A stretch of 29,425 bases of DNA from a candidate division WOR-3 bacterium (lineage in GTDB: Bacteria > Hydrothermota > Hydrothermia > Hydrothermales > Hydrothermaceae): the NCBI GenBank assembly GCA_039803745.1, contig JBDRZD010000018.1:1-29425 (forward strand). The letters run 5' to 3'. How positions within the stretch are numbered: position 1 is the stretch's first letter; each line of letters starts with the position of its first letter. The notes under the pieces are model-generated. The model was not told the origin of the DNA. It ran no database searches and worked only from the letters and a program-made list of their open reading frames with translations. The translations under genes and the position numbers were made by a program. Positions 25,876 to 29,425 of this stretch are shown in pieces.

Positions 25876-27185
25876 AAGTTATAGGGGGAGGGTTAGCAGG
25901 TTGTGAAGCAGCCTGGCAGATAGCAAAGAGAAAAGAAAAAGTTATTCTTTATGAGTCAAGACCTTTTAAAATGACCCCTGCCCATAAAACACCTTATCTT
26001 GCTGAACTTGTTTGCTCAAACTCTTTAAAATCAAAAGAGATTACCCATCCTCATGGTCTTTTAAAAAAGGAACTTGAGATGCTTGGCTCATTAATAATTG
26101 AGGCAGCAAATTATGCAAGAATTGATGGAGGGAAGGCACTTGTTGTTGATAGAGAAATTTTTTCAAAATATATAACAAAAAAAATTGAGGAAAATGAATA
26201 TATAGAAATAAGAAGAGAAGAGGTGAAGGAATTGCCTGATGGAATATGTATAATTGCAACAGGTCCTTTAACTCATGAAGAGTTTGCAAATAAATTAAAG
26301 GAATATATTGGTGAAGAATTTTTATATTTTTATGATGCAGTTTCACCTATTGTAAGTGCTGATTCATTAAATTTTGAAAAACTATTTAAAGGTGATAGAT
26401 TTGGTATTGATGATTCTTATTTAAATGCCCCAATGAATGAAGAGGAATATAAAAGATTTTATGAGGAACTTTTAAATGCAGAAATTCATAAAGAAAAGGA
26501 TTTTGAAAAAATTCCATATTTTGAAGGATGTTTGCCAATCGAGGTGATGGCAAAAAGAGGGTATGAGACAATGAGATGGGGACCATTAAAACCCTGCGGC
26601 TTTGAAAATTTAGAAAAAAAGCCATTTGCTGTAGTTCAATTAAGACCCGAAAATAAGGAAAGAACAATGTATTCTCTTGTGGGATTTCAAACACAGTTAA
26701 AAATAAAGGAGCAGGAAAGGATTTTTAGAATGATACCAGGTCTCGAAAATGCCGAATTTTTAAGATATGGAAAGGTTCATAAAAACATTTATATAAATTC
26801 GCCAAAACTTTTAAATCCTGATTTATCCTTAAAGAAGAATAAAAATATATTTTTTGCAGGACAAATAACAGGAACAGAAGGATATGTTGAGGCTGCGGCA
26901 GGGGGAATTTTTGCAGGTATAAATGCATTTTTAAGAAAAAAAGGAAAAGAAACATTAATATTTCCAAAAAATACTGCAATTGGTGCATTAATAAATTATA
27001 TTACTTCATCAAATAATCAAAATTTTTCTCCAATGAATATTAATTTAGGTCTTTTTGAAGATATTCCTAAATTTAAAGATAAAAGAGAAAAAAGGAAATT
27101 TATTGCTGAAAGGGCAATTTCAGAATTAAAAAAATTTATTGATGAAAATTCTTGGCTCTTTAAAGGGGAGGTAAAAGATGCTTAA
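25866..27185 (+). CDS. trmFO: Folate/FAD-dependent tRNA (uracil-54 C5)-methyltransferase
   Basis: GGGLAGCEAAWQ, ELVCSNS, FYDAVSPIV, FEGCLPIE (both conserved Cys) and AGQITGTEGY. TTG start with GAGGGG SD. Confidence 0.96.
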   Translation: MEIKVIGGGLAGCEAAWQIAKRKEKVILYESRPFKMTPAHKTPYLAELVCSNSLKSKEITHPHGLLKKELEMLGSLIIEAANYARIDGGKALVVDREIFSKYITKKIEENEYIEIRREEVKELPDGICIIATGPLTHEEFANKLKEYIGEEFLYFYDAVSPIVSADSLNFEKLFKGDRFGIDDSYLNAPMNEEEYKRFYEELLNAEIHKEKDFEKIPYFEGCLPIEVMAKRGYETMRWGPLKPCGFENLEKKPFAVVQLRPENKERTMYSLVGFQTQLKIKEQERIFRMIPGLENAEFLRYGKVHKNIYINSPKLLNPDLSLKKNKNIFFAGQITGTEGYVEAAAGGIFAGINAFLRKKGKETLIFPKNTAIGALINYITSSNNQNFSPMNINLGLFEDIPKFKDKREKRKFIAERAISELKKFIDENSWLFKGEVKDA

Positions 27186-27477
27186 AGAGAGTGAGAACTT
27201 GCAAAAAAAGAATGAATATATGAATCAAAATCCATATATAATTGTAAAGGCAAAAGAAAACGGCGTAAGGGTCATGGGACTTACAAGAGGGAAAGAAACA
27301 AGGGTATCCCATACAGAAATACTTTCAAATGGTGAAGTTTTAATTGCACAGATAACAGAGTTCACAGCAGCATATAAGATTGTTGGGAAAGCCCATATAT
27401 GGACACCTTATGGAGAAGTTGTAGCAGAGGGAGAATTGCCAAAAATAAAGGAGGCAAAGAAAGAAGTAGAAATTTAA
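27178..27477 (+). CDS. mtrB: Divergent trp RNA-binding attenuation protein (TRAP) homolog
   Basis: Aligns without gaps to the B. subtilis TRAP core: KAKENGVRVMGLTRGKET...HTE.L..GEVLIAQ.TE.T.A.K..GKA.I.TPYGE. Strong SD GGGGAGG. Confidence 0.85.
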   Translation: MLKESENLQKKNEYMNQNPYIIVKAKENGVRVMGLTRGKETRVSHTEILSNGEVLIAQITEFTAAYKIVGKAHIWTPYGEVVAEGELPKIKEAKKEVEI

Positions 27478-28610
27478 AAAAAGAGAAAGAGTAAAAGTAA
27501 GGAAATAAAAGAAATAAAAGAGCCAAATAAAAAAGGAATTTTAGAACCAAAATAATTCCATAATATTCCAAAAATAAAAGAAGAAAGAAATAAACTTATT
27601 CCCTGAGCAAAATGATATACTCCATATGCACTTCCCCTTAATTCTTCTCTTGTTAAATCACCAATTAGTGCTCTCTCATTTCCTTCTGATAATGCAAAAT
27701 AAAGACCATAAAATAAAAATAAGAAGATAAAGAAGGGTAAAGTCTTTGCAAAGGTAAATAAAAGGTATGTTATTGAATAAATTAGCCAGCCTGCCATTAT
27801 GAGTTTTTTTCTTCCAATTTTATCAGATAAAATACCTGAGGGAATTGAAAAGATTGATTTAACAAGATGAAAAAGGCTCCAGAGCAAAGGCAAGAACAAA
27901 ATTTTTATTCCCTCTTCTTTTGCCTTCAAAATTAAGAAAGCGTCAGAGGAATTTCCAAGATTGAATAAAAAAAATATAAAGATTAAAAAATAAAATTTCT
28001 TTGGAAATTTAAAACTTAAAGAAAAAAATTCTTTTTTTTCATCTATTCTTTCTTTTACAAAATAAATGAGTATAAAGATTGCTATTATTCCCGGGAAAAT
28101 TGATATCAAAAATAATTTTCTCAAATCAAGAAAATTTAAAAGGAAAAAGGCGATAACAGGTCCTGTTAATGCTCCAAGGTGGTCCATTGCTCTTTGAAAA
28201 CCAAAAGCCTTACCCCTTTCATTACTTTCAACAGATAAAGAAATCAATGCATCCCTTGGAGAAGTTCTTATTCCTTTTCCAAATCTATCAATGAATTTTA
28301 AAAATAGAACCTGTATCCATGAATTTGTTATTCCAATGAATGGTCTTGAAAATGAGGCAAGAAAATATCCTGAAAAAATAAGAGATTTTTTCTTTTTAAT
28401 TTTATCAGATATTATACCTGAAAATAGTTTAAGGAATGAATTTGTTGCTTCAGCAACACCTTCAATAAAGCCGAGTGCTACTGTTCCTGCCTTTAATACA
28501 GTTGTTATAAAAACAGGAAGAAGTGGGTTTATCATTTCTGATGCTATATCATTAAAAAATGAGACAAATCCAAGAGCCTTTACATTTCTTGGTAAATTAA
28601 GGAATTTCAT
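27474..28610 (-). CDS. MFS transporter
   Basis: SFFNDIASEM, GIISDKIKKK, DRFGKGIRTSPRDALI, RGKAFGFQRAMD and LSDKIGRK. Confidence 0.92.
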   Translation of the reverse strand: MKFLNLPRNVKALGFVSFFNDIASEMINPLLPVFITTVLKAGTVALGFIEGVAEATNSFLKLFSGIISDKIKKKKSLIFSGYFLASFSRPFIGITNSWIQVLFLKFIDRFGKGIRTSPRDALISLSVESNERGKAFGFQRAMDHLGALTGPVIAFFLLNFLDLRKLFLISIFPGIIAIFILIYFVKERIDEKKEFFSLSFKFPKKFYFLIFIFFLFNLGNSSDAFLILKAKEEGIKILFLPLLWSLFHLVKSIFSIPSGILSDKIGRKKLIMAGWLIYSITYLLFTFAKTLPFFIFLFLFYGLYFALSEGNERALIGDLTREELRGSAYGVYHFAQGISLFLSSFIFGILWNYFGSKIPFLFGSFISFISLLLLFLFF

Positions 28611-29424
28611 CTAAAAAATATCTATTATTTTCAAATTTTATATATCCTGTTTTAAGTTCATTGTCATGGGGAAAGAAAACCTGAATCCTATTTTCAACTA
28701 TATATTTATATATTTCTTTTCTTTTTTCAAGTGTTTCAAGTGGAAAATTATCATAAGCCATAATATATGGAAGATGAATGTGCTTTGAAGTTGGAACCAA
28801 GTCTCCAAAAAATAAAAATTTATCATCAATTAAAAAAATTATATGACCCCTTGTATGTCCACCAGTTTTAAAAATTTTTATGTTTTCAAGAATTTCACCA
28901 TCTTCTTTTATTTCTATTACTTTTTTATTTTCAATTAAAGGTAAAAAATCCTCTTTTAAATAACTTGCCCTTGTTCTTTCATTTGGATTTAATGCATCTT
29001 CTATTTCCTCTTTTCTTATAAAATAAGTTGCATTTTTAAACAAAGGAACTATTTTACCATTTTCTATTTTTGTTGCTCCTCCTGCATGATCAAAATGAAG
29101 ATGGGTAAAACTAACATAATTTATCTCATTTAAATTAAAAAGACTAAAATCTTCAATCCCTCCTTCAAATTCAAAAACCTCCTTTCTTTTATTATCCCAT
29201 TTATTTCCGCATCCCGGCTCTATTAAAAGTTTAAAATTTTTAGAAATAACTATTAAAGAGTTTTGTGAAAGTAAAATTCTGTTTTTTTCATCTGCAGGAT
29301 AAAAATTTTCCCATATTGTCTTTGGAACTATTCCAAACATTGCTCCACCATCAAGTTTAAAAGAGCCAATTTTTACATAATGAACTTCAAAATTTTTTGA
29401 AAGGAAAGTTTTTATATTTTTCAT
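28597..29424 (-). CDS. MBL-fold metallo-hydrolase (YtnP-like)
   Basis: FKLDGGAMFGIVPK, THLHFDHAGG (HxHxDH), GHTRGH, GD and PHD. The start is at the window edge, so it is uncertain. Confidence 0.9.
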   Translation of the reverse strand: MKNIKTFLSKNFEVHYVKIGSFKLDGGAMFGIVPKTIWENFYPADEKNRILLSQNSLIVISKNFKLLIEPGCGNKWDNKRKEVFEFEGGIEDFSLFNLNEINYVSFTHLHFDHAGGATKIENGKIVPLFKNATYFIRKEEIEDALNPNERTRASYLKEDFLPLIENKKVIEIKEDGEILENIKIFKTGGHTRGHIIFLIDDKFLFFGDLVPTSKHIHLPYIMAYDNFPLETLEKRKEIYKYIVENRIQVFFPHDNELKTGYIKFENNRYFLDEIP

Positions 29425-29425
29425 T

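Noticed and set aside
27466..27540. Purine-rich AAG/GAG/TAG-like repeats after mtrB as a possible TRAP-binding array
   Set aside because: This is the reverse complement of the Phe/Leu/Ser-rich last TM helix of the MFS gene, and it lacks regular (G/U)AG-NN spacing.
2230..28614. Short antisense or alternate-frame ORFs (e.g. 2230, 3368, 8572, 9540, 9864, 13202, 14069, 16492, 18855, 21109, 22326, 23246, 24547, 26041, 26386, 26725, 27362, 28291)
   Set aside because: All lie within well-supported genes, and their composition mirrors the codons of the real gene. None has a recognisable family motif.
25100..29425. Integrative element at the tRNA-Gly 3' end
   Set aside because: There is no integrase, no duplicated tRNA 3' end in the window, and the downstream genes are housekeeping-like in composition.
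1..29425. CRISPR arrays, IS elements, riboswitches or T-boxes
   Set aside because: I saw no spaced direct repeats or transposase ORFs, and the intergenic gaps are too short and AT-rich to hold such structured leaders.

Overview
A very AT-rich, densely packed bacterial chromosomal segment. It has Lys/Glu/Ile-rich proteins, GC-rich tRNA stems and lipid A genes, which fits a thermophilic diderm; an FCB-affiliated candidate lineage such as WOR-3 is my inference only. From left to right it holds: the tail of one secreted protein and a complete one, both with T9SS-like C-terminal motifs; a minus-strand operon (wHTH regulator, membrane protein, DUF418, MFS, LPG-synthase-like flippase, and a B12-dependent radical SAM gene frameshifted at an A9 run); a secreted GH99-like glycosidase; an LPS cluster (O-antigen ligase-like plus three glycosyltransferases); a long minus-strand run (crotonase, transglutaminase-like, ABC ATPase, substrate-binding protein, purN, dnaE, outer-membrane protein, GnnA-like dehydrogenase, ICMT/LmtA-like methyltransferase, lpxB); a tRNA-Thr/Tyr/Gly cluster followed by an eIF-2B-like gene, trmFO and a divergent TRAP (mtrB); then an MFS transporter and a YtnP-like MBL hydrolase. 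I saw no mobile elements or CRISPR arrays. The most notable observations are the TRAP homolog lacking canonical RNA-binding residues in a tRNA/eIF2B-like/trmFO operon, the A9 frameshift, a possible Leptospira-like lipid A module, and recurrent 18-bp promoter spacers.
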